37,692 nt of DNA from Candidatus Shapirobacteria bacterium CG2_30_35_20 (GTDB lineage: Bacteria > Patescibacteriota > Microgenomatia > UBA12405). Positions 17,894 through 26,471 of the stretch are shown piece by piece (positions within the stretch are counted from its first letter, which is position 1; the number at the start of each line of letters is the position of its first letter). The notes under the pieces were generated by a model, which was not told the DNA's origin, ran no database searches, and was given only the letters and a program-made list of their open reading frames with translations. The translations under genes and the position numbers were made by a program. The stretch lies in contig MNZO01000020.1 of NCBI GenBank assembly GCA_001873665.1, positions 1 to 37,692 on the forward strand. The letters run 5' to 3'.

Positions 17894-18742
17894 GTGAAAT
17901 ACCATATTCCAGTATTGTTGTCTGAAGTAATCACTCGATTTAATCCACAGCCAGGAAATATATATATTGATAGCACTGTTGGTCACGGTGGCCATAGTCA
18001 AGAACTACTAAGTAAAGGGGCTATCGTCTATGGTATCGACGCTGATAAAAATAATTTAACAATTACTACCGATAGAATAAATAACCCAAATTTTCACCCA
18101 ATTTTAGGTAATTTTAAAGACATAAAAAAAATCTGGCAAAAATATATCAACGCTCCCGTCGACGGTATTCTCGCTGATTTAGGGCTTAGCAATAATCAAC
18201 AAAGTCAAGAAGGTAGGGGGTTTTCCTTTAACGATAGTCAATCTCTTGATATGCGTCTTGACCCTAATACCCAAGAAACTTCTGCCAAAGATATCATTAA
18301 TAGTTATGACGAAACTCAACTATATTTACTATTTTCCAAAATCGCTCAAGAACAATTTGCCCTCCCCCTAGCCCAAAAAATTATCACCTCTCGACAACAA
18401 TCAACCATTAAAACCGGAAAGCAACTAGCCGATATTATTCATGAGTATTATCAATCAAGACATATTCGAAAAGCGATTGACCCCGCCACCAAAATTTTTA
18501 TGGCTCTACGCATCGAAACCAATAATGAATTTGAAAATCTAAATATCTTTCTTAATGACAGTCAAAAAATAATTAAAACAAACGGAATTATTGCCATTAT
18601 TTCTTTTCACTCGAGCGAAGACCGAATTGTTAAAAATTTTATTAAAAAAAATAATTTTACGACCATTCGTTTTTTGCCAACCAAAGATGAAATAAAAACT
18701 AACCATCTCTCCCGCTCCGCCGTTCTTAGAGTTTACAGCTAA
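17894..18742 (+). CDS. rsmH: 16S rRNA (cytosine1402-N4)-methyltransferase RsmH/MraW
   Basis: YHIPVLL start, DSTVGHGGHS and ADLGLS motifs. It is the first gene of the dcw cluster. GTG start. Confidence 0.9.
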   Translation: MKYHIPVLLSEVITRFNPQPGNIYIDSTVGHGGHSQELLSKGAIVYGIDADKNNLTITTDRINNPNFHPILGNFKDIKKIWQKYINAPVDGILADLGLSNNQQSQEGRGFSFNDSQSLDMRLDPNTQETSAKDIINSYDETQLYLLFSKIAQEQFALPLAQKIITSRQQSTIKTGKQLADIIHEYYQSRHIRKAIDPATKIFMALRIETNNEFENLNIFLNDSQKIIKTNGIIAIISFHSSEDRIVKNFIKKNNFTTIRFLPTKDEIKTNHLSRSAVLRVYS

Positions 18743-19017
18743 GCTACTGCCAATATTTGTTCAATTTTTGCGACCTTAACTTCAAGATTGTCAAATTCAT
18801 CACTGGTCGGGGCATCATCTTCGAGATATGCCAGTGATTTCCCCAGTTTATCAATTCGGTCATTAACTCCTTTAAATCCTTTATCCATTTTTTTATCTAA
18901 ACCATCCATTCTATCGCTGAGTTTTTTATCAAGTTTATCAATTCTTGCTAACAAGTCGCCTCTCATAGTACTCTGGCCATTAACCAACATTTGAAACATT
19001 TTTTGAATATCGTCCAT
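18739..19017 (-). CDS. Small coiled-coil protein, unknown function
   Basis: 92-aa ORF filling an otherwise empty 340-nt gap. It has repeated DKLDKKL / DGLDKKM / DRIDKLGKSL heptad-like units. Its stop overlaps the rsmH stop. Confidence 0.5.
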   Translation of the reverse strand: MDDIQKMFQMLVNGQSTMRGDLLARIDKLDKKLSDRMDGLDKKMDKGFKGVNDRIDKLGKSLAYLEDDAPTSDEFDNLEVKVAKIEQILAVA

Positions 19018-19083
19018 ACCATTACTCTAAAGTATTTTTTCTGTTAACGCAATGACATACACACCATACTATACTATTAATAT

Positions 19084-19281
19084 ATGCCCAACCGAATTTT
19101 ACTCACCGTCACCCTTAGCCTGTTTTTTTTTCAATTAGCATTTTCGATAATCTATTCCAATATTATCATCAAAATAAACCAAACGTTTTTTGAAAAAAAC
19201 AAAGTTTACACCAATTTATCATCAGTTAATCAGAATTTAGAACTCCAATATGTCCAAAAATACGCCATCAACCAACAATAA
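19084..19281 (+). CDS. FtsL-like small bitopic membrane protein
   Basis: 65 aa with one TM segment plus a short coiled-coil tail. It sits between rsmH and ftsI and overlaps the ftsI start. Confidence 0.45.
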   Translation: MPNRILLTVTLSLFFFQLAFSIIYSNIIIKINQTFFEKNKVYTNLSSVNQNLELQYVQKYAINQQ

Positions 19282-20836
19282 TCGACTCAAAGCTGTCAAT
19301 CTGACAATCATCTTTGCCTTTACCATCGTCATGGCGCGACTTTTTTACTGGCAAATAATTATGGGTCCCACCATTCGGGCCGATAACATATCCCAAAATT
19401 CAAAACTACAAAAAATTCTCCCTAAAACTGGCAAGATTTTATCATCAGACAATTTTCCCTTAAGTCTTGGCGTAAAAGCCTATAAACTATCAATTTATAA
19501 ACCAAATTTAAAAATAAACTTAAATGAATTATTCAAAAAAATCGACAAAATAAAACCCAATACCATTCTCAACAACAACATTCAAATTAATAATCTCAAC
19601 AATCCTCAGATCAAATGGGTCACCCTCAATGGTACGTTTGACCAAATTCAAAAACAACAACTAACAATCCCTGGAATCGAATTTGAAGAAAGTAGTTTTC
19701 GCTATTACCCCGAAGGTAATTTGGCCAAAAACATCATCACCAATTTAGAATCGTTTTATCGTCGAATCCTATTTGGAAAAACTGGTTTTTCACTTTCATC
19801 TATTGATGGTACTGGTCAAACCATATTAACCAAACGAAACTGGCGTCAATCAGAAACCGACGGTCAAGATATTAAAACTAGTTTAAACCGCCAAGTACAG
19901 ATAATTTTGACCGACACTCTCACAAAAGGTCTTGAGATTTATCAGGCCAAAAGTGCTTCAGGCACAATTATTGACCCAAGTACAGGTCTCATAATTGCTA
20001 TGTCCTCAATCCAGTCTGACACCACCCCCAATAATAATATTGACAATATTAGTAATTTGTTTGAACCGGGATCTATATTCAAACCACTAGTTGTCGCTAT
20101 GGCTCTCGACAGTAAAAAAATTGATACCGATTTTATTTGTTCTGATTGTTCAAAACCTCGAGTTTTGGGCCAATACACCATTAATAATTGGGATAATACC
20201 TTTCACCCCAATTCAACCCTAAGTGACATTATTAAAAACTCAGATAATATTGGAATGAGCAATATTATTCAAAGACTAGATAAAGATAATTTTATAAAAT
20301 ACTTTCACGCCCTTAAACTCGACTCAAAAAGCGAAATCGACTTAATCGGCGAATCGATTTCTCCCCCCAAAAAATTCATAGCCGATATTGATTTGGCCAC
20401 CGCCTCTTTTGGTCAGGGACTAGCCGTCAATGAATTACAAATGGTTCAAGCCTTTAACACCCTGGCCAATCAGGGCAAATTAATCTCTGGCCATTTCAAC
20501 ACCCAAATATTACCCAGCCCTATAAATGTTTTTTCACCAGAAACCGTAATAAAAGTTATTGATATCCTAAAATATGCCGTAGAAAACAGCGCCATCAAAT
20601 CCCTAAAACCAAAAAATCTCGAAGTTTGTGCTAAAAGTGGTACTGCCCAAATCGCCATTGGAGGTCAATACAGTGACACCAACACTATTGGTTCATATGT
20701 TGGCTTTTCCCCCTGTACATCACCCAAATTTACCATGATTATCACTATTAACCAACCCCAAAAGGGGGAGTGGGGTTCATCCACCGCCGCCCCCCTCTGG
20801 TTTGAAATTGCCACAAAAATCTCCCCTTTGTTATAA
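19250..20836 (+). CDS. ftsI: Class B penicillin-binding protein / peptidoglycan D,D-transpeptidase FtsI
   Basis: N-terminal TM segment, then SxxK (GSIFKP), SxN (NSDNIG) and K[ST]G (AKSGTA) motifs. Confidence 0.85.
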   Translation: MSKNTPSTNNNRLKAVNLTIIFAFTIVMARLFYWQIIMGPTIRADNISQNSKLQKILPKTGKILSSDNFPLSLGVKAYKLSIYKPNLKINLNELFKKIDKIKPNTILNNNIQINNLNNPQIKWVTLNGTFDQIQKQQLTIPGIEFEESSFRYYPEGNLAKNIITNLESFYRRILFGKTGFSLSSIDGTGQTILTKRNWRQSETDGQDIKTSLNRQVQIILTDTLTKGLEIYQAKSASGTIIDPSTGLIIAMSSIQSDTTPNNNIDNISNLFEPGSIFKPLVVAMALDSKKIDTDFICSDCSKPRVLGQYTINNWDNTFHPNSTLSDIIKNSDNIGMSNIIQRLDKDNFIKYFHALKLDSKSEIDLIGESISPPKKFIADIDLATASFGQGLAVNELQMVQAFNTLANQGKLISGHFNTQILPSPINVFSPETVIKVIDILKYAVENSAIKSLKPKNLEVCAKSGTAQIAIGGQYSDTNTIGSYVGFSPCTSPKFTMIITINQPQKGEWGSSTAAPLWFEIATKISPLL

Positions 20837-20837
20837 T
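20829..20837 (+). promoter_or_regulatory. Extended -10-like TGtTATAAT, 11 nt upstream of the murE ATG
   Basis: tgttataat overlaps the ftsI stop codon. Confidence 0.3.
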
Positions 20838-20848
20838 ATGTAACCAAA

Positions 20849-22117
20849 ATGTATAAAAAAATATATAAGATTTGTTTTCAAAAAATTAAAAATATATTCT
20901 GGCACCTTCCCAAAAGTATTTTTTACAATATCTATTTCGGTTTCCCTCATCGTAATCTTACCTTAATTGGTGTTACAGGAACCGACGGCAAAACCACCTC
21001 TGTCAACCTAATTCACCAAGCATTACTTAATGCCAATATAAAATCAGGTCTAATTTCTACCCTCGGTGCCAAAATAGGTGACCAAAGCATCTCTATTGGC
21101 TTACACACCACCTCTCCCGATTCATCTATTGTTCAAAAAATATTTGCCCAAATGGTCACCGAGGGTATGACTCACGCCATTGTTGAAGTCACTGCTCATG
21201 CTATCGATCAATATCGTTATTTCGGTTGTAATTTTGCCATTTGCGGTATAACTAACACCTCCCACGAACATCTCGATGATTTTTTAAATATGTCATCATA
21301 TATCAACACCAAAGCAAAACTTTTTTCCAATTCCAATATTGCCATATTAAACAAAGACGATTCCTCATTTTCTCAAATTATTGTCCCACCCACCACTAAA
21401 ATCTTTTCCTACAGCATTGACAAAAAATCCGATTATCAAGCCAAAAACATTAATTTAAATAACAAATTTCTTGAGTTTACCGTCAACAAAACGACATACA
21501 AAACTAATAGTAACTACCGCTACCAAATTTATAATATTCTCTTAGTCCATTCAATTTTAAATCAACTTAAAATCGACCCAAATTTATTGCCCAAATTAAT
21601 ACTAAATTTTCCTGAAATAAAAGGCCGTCGAGAAATTGTTAAAAACAATCTCCACATCCAATGTATTGTTGATTTTGCCCACACCCCCAACGCCTTATTC
21701 CAAACCCTATCATCTTTACACTCAACAACTAAAAACAAATTGATATGCATTTTTGGTGCCACTGGTGGTCGCGACCAGACCAAACGCCCACTTATGGGTA
21801 AAGTTGTTTCCCAAAATTGTGACATCGCTATTGTTACCGCCGATGATACTCGTAATGAAAATATCATCGAAATAAACAAACAAATCATTTCCGGTTTTGA
21901 TCAAAAACAAATTGACAACAAAAAATTTGCTTATTACAACATCCCCAATCGCCAAGATGCTTTCAACCTAGCCGTTAGTTTGGCGAAATCAGGCGATACA
22001 ATTATTGCCTGTGGTAAAGGTCATGAAACCTCAATTCTCCACGGTAAAACCGAATACCCCTGGTCAGAAAGTGATGCCTTTAAAACCGCTTTTAGAAATA
22101 AAGACCAAAATGTTTAA
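20849..22117 (+). CDS. murE: Mur ligase, MurE-like (UDP-MurNAc-L-Ala-D-Glu: diamino acid ligase), short N-terminus
   Basis: GVTGTDGKTTS P-loop, EVTAHAIDQ and NTSHEHLD motifs. C-terminal TADDTRNE lies where MurE has DNPR. Confidence 0.7.
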   Translation: MYKKIYKICFQKIKNIFWHLPKSIFYNIYFGFPHRNLTLIGVTGTDGKTTSVNLIHQALLNANIKSGLISTLGAKIGDQSISIGLHTTSPDSSIVQKIFAQMVTEGMTHAIVEVTAHAIDQYRYFGCNFAICGITNTSHEHLDDFLNMSSYINTKAKLFSNSNIAILNKDDSSFSQIIVPPTTKIFSYSIDKKSDYQAKNINLNNKFLEFTVNKTTYKTNSNYRYQIYNILLVHSILNQLKIDPNLLPKLILNFPEIKGRREIVKNNLHIQCIVDFAHTPNALFQTLSSLHSTTKNKLICIFGATGGRDQTKRPLMGKVVSQNCDIAIVTADDTRNENIIEINKQIISGFDQKQIDNKKFAYYNIPNRQDAFNLAVSLAKSGDTIIACGKGHETSILHGKTEYPWSESDAFKTAFRNKDQNV

Positions 22118-22706
22118 CCAACAAACTCAAAACACTATTAAAGAAAACTATAATCACGGTCTTTTACCACAAAGAAATAATAAAGATTACTGGTACTCCG
22201 ACAGTTCTAGTCGTTCCAACTTATCCAAATTTAACTTATCCTCCGAAAATCGCCGAATTATCAGCAAAACTAACCATTATAAATATCAGGTAATCCCCTT
22301 ATCCCAATTTAAATATTCCCTCTTTATTCAAAAAACAATTTTTAAATGGATTAAAGAAATTGGGTGGAATTTCCCTATCTCCTCGGTCAAAACCATTTTT
22401 ACTAATCATATTTTTAATTACGTCTACGTTTGGCAAGATTTAGATGGTAACGTCGTGGCTTATTCTATTTGCTACTTTTCAAAAAATATTTCTCATATCG
22501 CCTATGTCTTTTACAATCCAAAATTATCTCATAATAATTTGCCAATCAGACTAACTCTACAAACTATTATTGATAGCCATGATAAAAATTTAAATTATTG
22601 TTATCTTGGTCGTTTTAATCCAAAAACAAAACTGGGTTATTATAAACGTGAGCTTCCAGGCTTTGAATATTATAAAAATAATAATTGGATAAAATACACT
22701 CTATGA
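22110..22706 (+). CDS. ATE/Bpt-family (arginyl/leucyl-tRNA--protein transferase-like) acyltransferase homolog
   Basis: SRSNLSKFNLSSENRRIISK, GNVVAYSICYF..ISHIAYVFYNP and NYCYLGRFNPKTKLGYYKRELPGFEYYKNNNW match the ATE_C/Bpt pattern (SavYtFydP ... YLGYwi..MsYKarfrP.E...W). ATG 22110 overlaps the murE stop, and its stop overlaps the next ATG. Confidence 0.6.
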   Translation: MFNQQTQNTIKENYNHGLLPQRNNKDYWYSDSSSRSNLSKFNLSSENRRIISKTNHYKYQVIPLSQFKYSLFIQKTIFKWIKEIGWNFPISSVKTIFTNHIFNYVYVWQDLDGNVVAYSICYFSKNISHIAYVFYNPKLSHNNLPIRLTLQTIIDSHDKNLNYCYLGRFNPKTKLGYYKRELPGFEYYKNNNWIKYTL

Positions 22707-23980
22707 ATATACATATTTTAGGTATTTGTGGCAAAATGACCGCCCCTCTCGCCATTGCTCTAAAAAAACAAGGTCATTTTATTTCAGGTTCTGATCAAGA
22801 CAAAATTTACCCTCCATTTTCTACCACTTTATCCCAGGCTAAAATACCAGTCAACAAACTTCACCCAAAACCAAATTTATATATCATTGGCTCAGCTTTT
22901 AAAAATCAAAACAAATTGAACACCGAATTTGAATCAATTAAAAAGTCAAATATTCCCTATATTTCCGCCACCAAATATATTGCCAAACATTTAATTAAAC
23001 CAAACAGTATTTTAGTTGCCGGTAGTTATGGCAAAAGTTCAATTTCTGCTATGTTGGCCTTTATTTTAAAAGATTCCAAACATAATCCCTCGTATTTATT
23101 TGCTGCCGAATCTTTAAACAAATTTCCCTCACTTTCTTTTACCGACAGTGATTGGTCAATTTGTGAAGCCGATGAATCCATCAATGGATTAGATACTCAA
23201 GCCAAATTTTTATATTACCCGATCAAATATTTAATTTTGACCAGTGCTCAATGGGAACACAAAGAATCATATAAAACCGAGCTGGACAATTTTAACGCCT
23301 TTAAAAAACTGATTATCAATATCCCCAAAGACGGATTACTCATCTACAATCAGCTCGATACATCAATCAACCCACTATTAAAATTTACCAAATGTCAGGC
23401 AATTCCTTATACTATAAATAAAATTAATCATCCCTTCCTGTTTGGGGCAGCCTTTACTAATAACTTTGCCGCCGTTAAAATTTTATGTGATTATCTTAAA
23501 ATATCAACAAAAAAAATATTAGAATACAAAGGGTTAAAAAATAGATTAGAAATAGTTGCTAATAAAAAAAATATTATTTTTATCGATGATTTTGCTCAAT
23601 CTGCTCCACGTATTCAAGCCTCAATTTCTGCAATAAAAAACAAATATCCAAAACGACCAGTAAAAGTAATTCTCGAACCACACGCTAGTTTTTTACAATA
23701 TAAAAGCTCTATAACAGAGTTATTTGAACCATTAATTAATGTTTCACAAATATTCTTAACAAAAATTTCCTTTTCTAAAAACAAAGACAAAACCACTCGT
23801 ATTAGTTTTGCTGACTATAAAACCATTTTTGGTGATAAGATTAATTATCTGCCCATTAATTCTGACCTCATTACTACCGTAATTTCATCACTTAAACCCA
23901 ACGACATTTTAATTCGCTTTTCTTCTGGTGGTTTAGATGGCCAAAAATCTTTTCATAAAATCATTAATTTCAAAACATAA
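22703..23980 (+). CDS. Mur ligase of the MurC/Mpl type
   Basis: The N-terminus IHILGICGKMTAPLAIALKKQGHFISGSDQDKIYPPFST resembles the Mpl/MurC Rossmann N-domain. P-loop is AGSYGKSS. Confidence 0.75.
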   Translation: MNIHILGICGKMTAPLAIALKKQGHFISGSDQDKIYPPFSTTLSQAKIPVNKLHPKPNLYIIGSAFKNQNKLNTEFESIKKSNIPYISATKYIAKHLIKPNSILVAGSYGKSSISAMLAFILKDSKHNPSYLFAAESLNKFPSLSFTDSDWSICEADESINGLDTQAKFLYYPIKYLILTSAQWEHKESYKTELDNFNAFKKLIINIPKDGLLIYNQLDTSINPLLKFTKCQAIPYTINKINHPFLFGAAFTNNFAAVKILCDYLKISTKKILEYKGLKNRLEIVANKKNIIFIDDFAQSAPRIQASISAIKNKYPKRPVKVILEPHASFLQYKSSITELFEPLINVSQIFLTKISFSKNKDKTTRISFADYKTIFGDKINYLPINSDLITTVISSLKPNDILIRFSSGGLDGQKSFHKIINFKT

Positions 23981-23982
23981 TT

Positions 23983-25017
23983 ATGATCCATCTATATTTA
24001 GGATTATTGTTATTTTCTTTTATAGTCACCAGTATTTTAGTTGTACCTTTTATTAACCTACTTTATCGATTAAAATTTCAACGTCAGAGTCAAAAAACAC
24101 TTGATGTTCAAAACAATCATACTCCTATATTTGACAAATTTCACAACCCCAAGGCCGGTACCCCTGTCGGTGGGGGACTATTAATCATAATTTCAGTTTC
24201 TCTTCTTTTTGCTAGTTTACTACCCATATTACAATTTTCCAAAATTTTTATCTCCAGTAACTATAAATTAAATCTAGAACTGGAGGTAATCTTTTTTACC
24301 TTTATTAGTTTTGGCCTACTCGGTCTTTATGATGATATTCTCAAATTTTTTAATTTTCAAAAAAGTGGATTTTTTGGATTAAGATTAAAACATAAGTTAA
24401 TTCTCCAATTACTTGCCTCTGGATTTATATCTTTATTAATTTATTTTCGACTTGGTACTGATTTCATCTATATTCCATTTCTGGGAGCCGTTAAATTAGG
24501 GATTTTATTTGTGCCTATTTCCACTTTAATCATCGCCACCTTTGCCAATTTTTTTAATATTACCGATGGTCTTGATGGTCTATCTTGCGGAATTTTAGTA
24601 ATATCTCTTTTTGCTTTTTGGATTTTAGCTGGCTCGTCTCTTGACACCCCCGTTTCCCTATTTATTTCCCTTTGGATTGGGGCATTAATTGCCTTTTTAT
24701 ATTTTAACGTCTATCCAGCTCGTTTATGGCTAGGCGACGTTGGTTCGATGTCATTTGGTGCCACCATTGCCGTCATCGCCGTCTTGTTGGGTAAAATTAT
24801 TCCACTATTCGTTGTTGGTCTACCATTCATCGTTGAAGGAGTTAGCAGTGGTTTACAAATATTATCAAAAATTTATTTTAAAAAGAAACTTTTTCCCGCC
24901 GCCCCCATCCACCTCACCTTACAAAAAGCTGGTTGGGAGGAACCAAAAATTGTTTTTAGAGCTTGGCTAGCCACTATGATATTAGCTATTTTTGCACTAT
25001 GGTTAGGAATAAACTAA
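23983..25017 (+). CDS. mraY: Phospho-N-acetylmuramoyl-pentapeptide transferase MraY
   Basis: Polytopic protein with NITDGLDGL, GDVGSMSFG and APIHLTLQKAGW motifs. Confidence 0.9.
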   Translation: MIHLYLGLLLFSFIVTSILVVPFINLLYRLKFQRQSQKTLDVQNNHTPIFDKFHNPKAGTPVGGGLLIIISVSLLFASLLPILQFSKIFISSNYKLNLELEVIFFTFISFGLLGLYDDILKFFNFQKSGFFGLRLKHKLILQLLASGFISLLIYFRLGTDFIYIPFLGAVKLGILFVPISTLIIATFANFFNITDGLDGLSCGILVISLFAFWILAGSSLDTPVSLFISLWIGALIAFLYFNVYPARLWLGDVGSMSFGATIAVIAVLLGKIIPLFVVGLPFIVEGVSSGLQILSKIYFKKKLFPAAPIHLTLQKAGWEEPKIVFRAWLATMILAIFALWLGIN

Positions 25018-25520
25018 ACGAATATTTAGGTATTCCCTATTTTTCCAATGTTGGCAAACATAAAGTAATGTCTCGAAATAATGCCCTAGTTGGAAAGGGA
25101 ACCGCCAAAGAAATTGCTCTCCAAACTATCGAGTTTGCCAATCAACAAAATATTAAATTATTAGACCTAACTCCAACCCAAATTTATAATTTTCAAAAGA
25201 AAAACCATTTAGGAATAGATTGTTCCGGTTTGGTTTGCCACCTATTAGGTTTAAAAGTTGACGTCCGTAAAATATCTGCCAACATGCTTACATCTCTCCC
25301 AATTTCCAAACAAATTAAAACTTTAAAATCAAATGATCTAATTCGCCAAAAAAACGGCCACCATGTTTTATTAGTTTTGTCGGTCGACAAAGATTTAGTT
25401 ACATATGTTCACTCATCACTGTCAAAACATGGTGTCATTATTGAAACAAAAAATATCAAAGACATCCCCAATGACAGTTTCTGGCGAGTTACTTCTCTTC
25501 CACCAAAATCTGGTACTTAA
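24999..25520 (+). CDS. NlpC/P60 (C40) family cysteine peptidase-like protein
   Basis: GIDCSGLVCHLL (catalytic Cys context), GHHVLLV and VHSS. The start is uncertain: ATG 24999 or 25068, and the track gives TTG 24963. Confidence 0.6.
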   Translation: MVRNKLNEYLGIPYFSNVGKHKVMSRNNALVGKGTAKEIALQTIEFANQQNIKLLDLTPTQIYNFQKKNHLGIDCSGLVCHLLGLKVDVRKISANMLTSLPISKQIKTLKSNDLIRQKNGHHVLLVLSVDKDLVTYVHSSLSKHGVIIETKNIKDIPNDSFWRVTSLPPKSGT

Positions 25521-25656
25521 GGGGGGATAGCGATAGCACTTCCACCTCAGTCCCACATTCTTGACATTCAAGAATATCACCCACAGCTGAGGTATTTTCA
25601 CCTTTAATTTCTGTCCCACAATCAGGACACATGATTTTTTGGTCTGTTTGCTTCAT
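25489..25656 (-). CDS. LysW-like zinc-ribbon protein (amino-group carrier protein-like)
   Basis: MCPDCGTEI...GDILECQECGTEVEVLSLSPL...VEEK parallels the LysW pattern CPxCGxE...GE..xCxxCGxELEV..LDPL + acidic tail. Alternative starts are at 25677 and 25632. Confidence 0.5.
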   Translation of the reverse strand: MKQTDQKIMCPDCGTEIKGENTSAVGDILECQECGTEVEVLSLSPLKYQILVEEK

Positions 25657-25670
25657 AATATATCTATTAT

Positions 25671-26471
25671 ATGACACCTTTAATCAAAATAGGAGACGTC
25701 TATTTAAAACGCGAAGACCAAAACCTCACTGGTAGCGCCAAAGATCGTAGTTTAGAATTACAAATCAAAAATTTAGTAAAAAATAATTATTTGTCTGCAG
25801 TTATATCATCCACTGGTAACGCTGCCATTTCTGCCCAATATTTCTGTCATAAACATGGTATTAACTTAACCGTTTTTGTTTCCCCTCATGCTGACAAATC
25901 AAAACTAAAATTAATTGCCAATTATATAATCAGCAATCGACCCATTTCCGATGCCTTTAAATATGCCAAAAAAAATAAATCATATTTACTTCGCCAATCC
26001 ACCGACCCAACTGCTCTCCGGGGATATAGTCAAATAACCACAGAAATTATTAAACAATGCCCCAATGTTTCATCAATTTTTGTCCCCGTTGGCAGTGGCA
26101 CTACCCTTCTGGGAATCGCTTCAAAATTACCAAACGTAATTCCTATATTTGGGGTACAGCCTGCCTCACATTGCCCCATAGCATCCGTTTTTGATCACGA
26201 TTTTATCCCCGAAAACACCACTATTACCGACGCTCTCAGCGTCAAACTTTTACCCCTAAAGAACAGAGTTATCAAATCTATTACCAATCATTCAGGTCAA
26301 GGAATTGTAGTTCAAAATAAACAAGTCCTACACTCGCAACAATTATTAAAATCAAACAACATTTTTACTTCATCCGAAGGCGCCTTGGCTTTGGCTGGAC
26401 TTAACAAAATAAAATCTCAAATAAATATTGGTAATTTTCCTGTCATTATTTTAACTGGCACCAAAAGATGA
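25671..26471 (+). CDS. PLP-dependent enzyme, fold type II (threonine synthase / cysteine synthase / Ser-Thr dehydratase-racemase superfamily), short (266 aa)
   Basis: LKREDQNLTGSAKDR carries the Schiff-base lysine motif. There is also an STGNAAIS segment and a VGSGTTLLG glycine loop. Confidence 0.75.
   Translation: MTPLIKIGDVYLKREDQNLTGSAKDRSLELQIKNLVKNNYLSAVISSTGNAAISAQYFCHKHGINLTVFVSPHADKSKLKLIANYIISNRPISDAFKYAKKNKSYLLRQSTDPTALRGYSQITTEIIKQCPNVSSIFVPVGSGTTLLGIASKLPNVIPIFGVQPASHCPIASVFDHDFIPENTTITDALSVKLLPLKNRVIKSITNHSGQGIVVQNKQVLHSQQLLKSNNIFTSSEGALALAGLNKIKSQINIGNFPVIILTGTKR

Noticed and set aside
18788-18994. A 68-aa plus-strand ORF opposite the coiled-coil ORF.
   Set aside because: Its Ser/Leu-rich translation looks like the antisense of the Asp/Lys-rich coiled-coil frame. 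The minus-strand frame is longer and has regular heptad-like periodicity.
19046-19058. A partial match (cgcaatgacat) to the family B repeat arm in the rsmH/ftsL spacer.
   Set aside because: Only ~10 nt match, the second arm is absent, and this could be chance.
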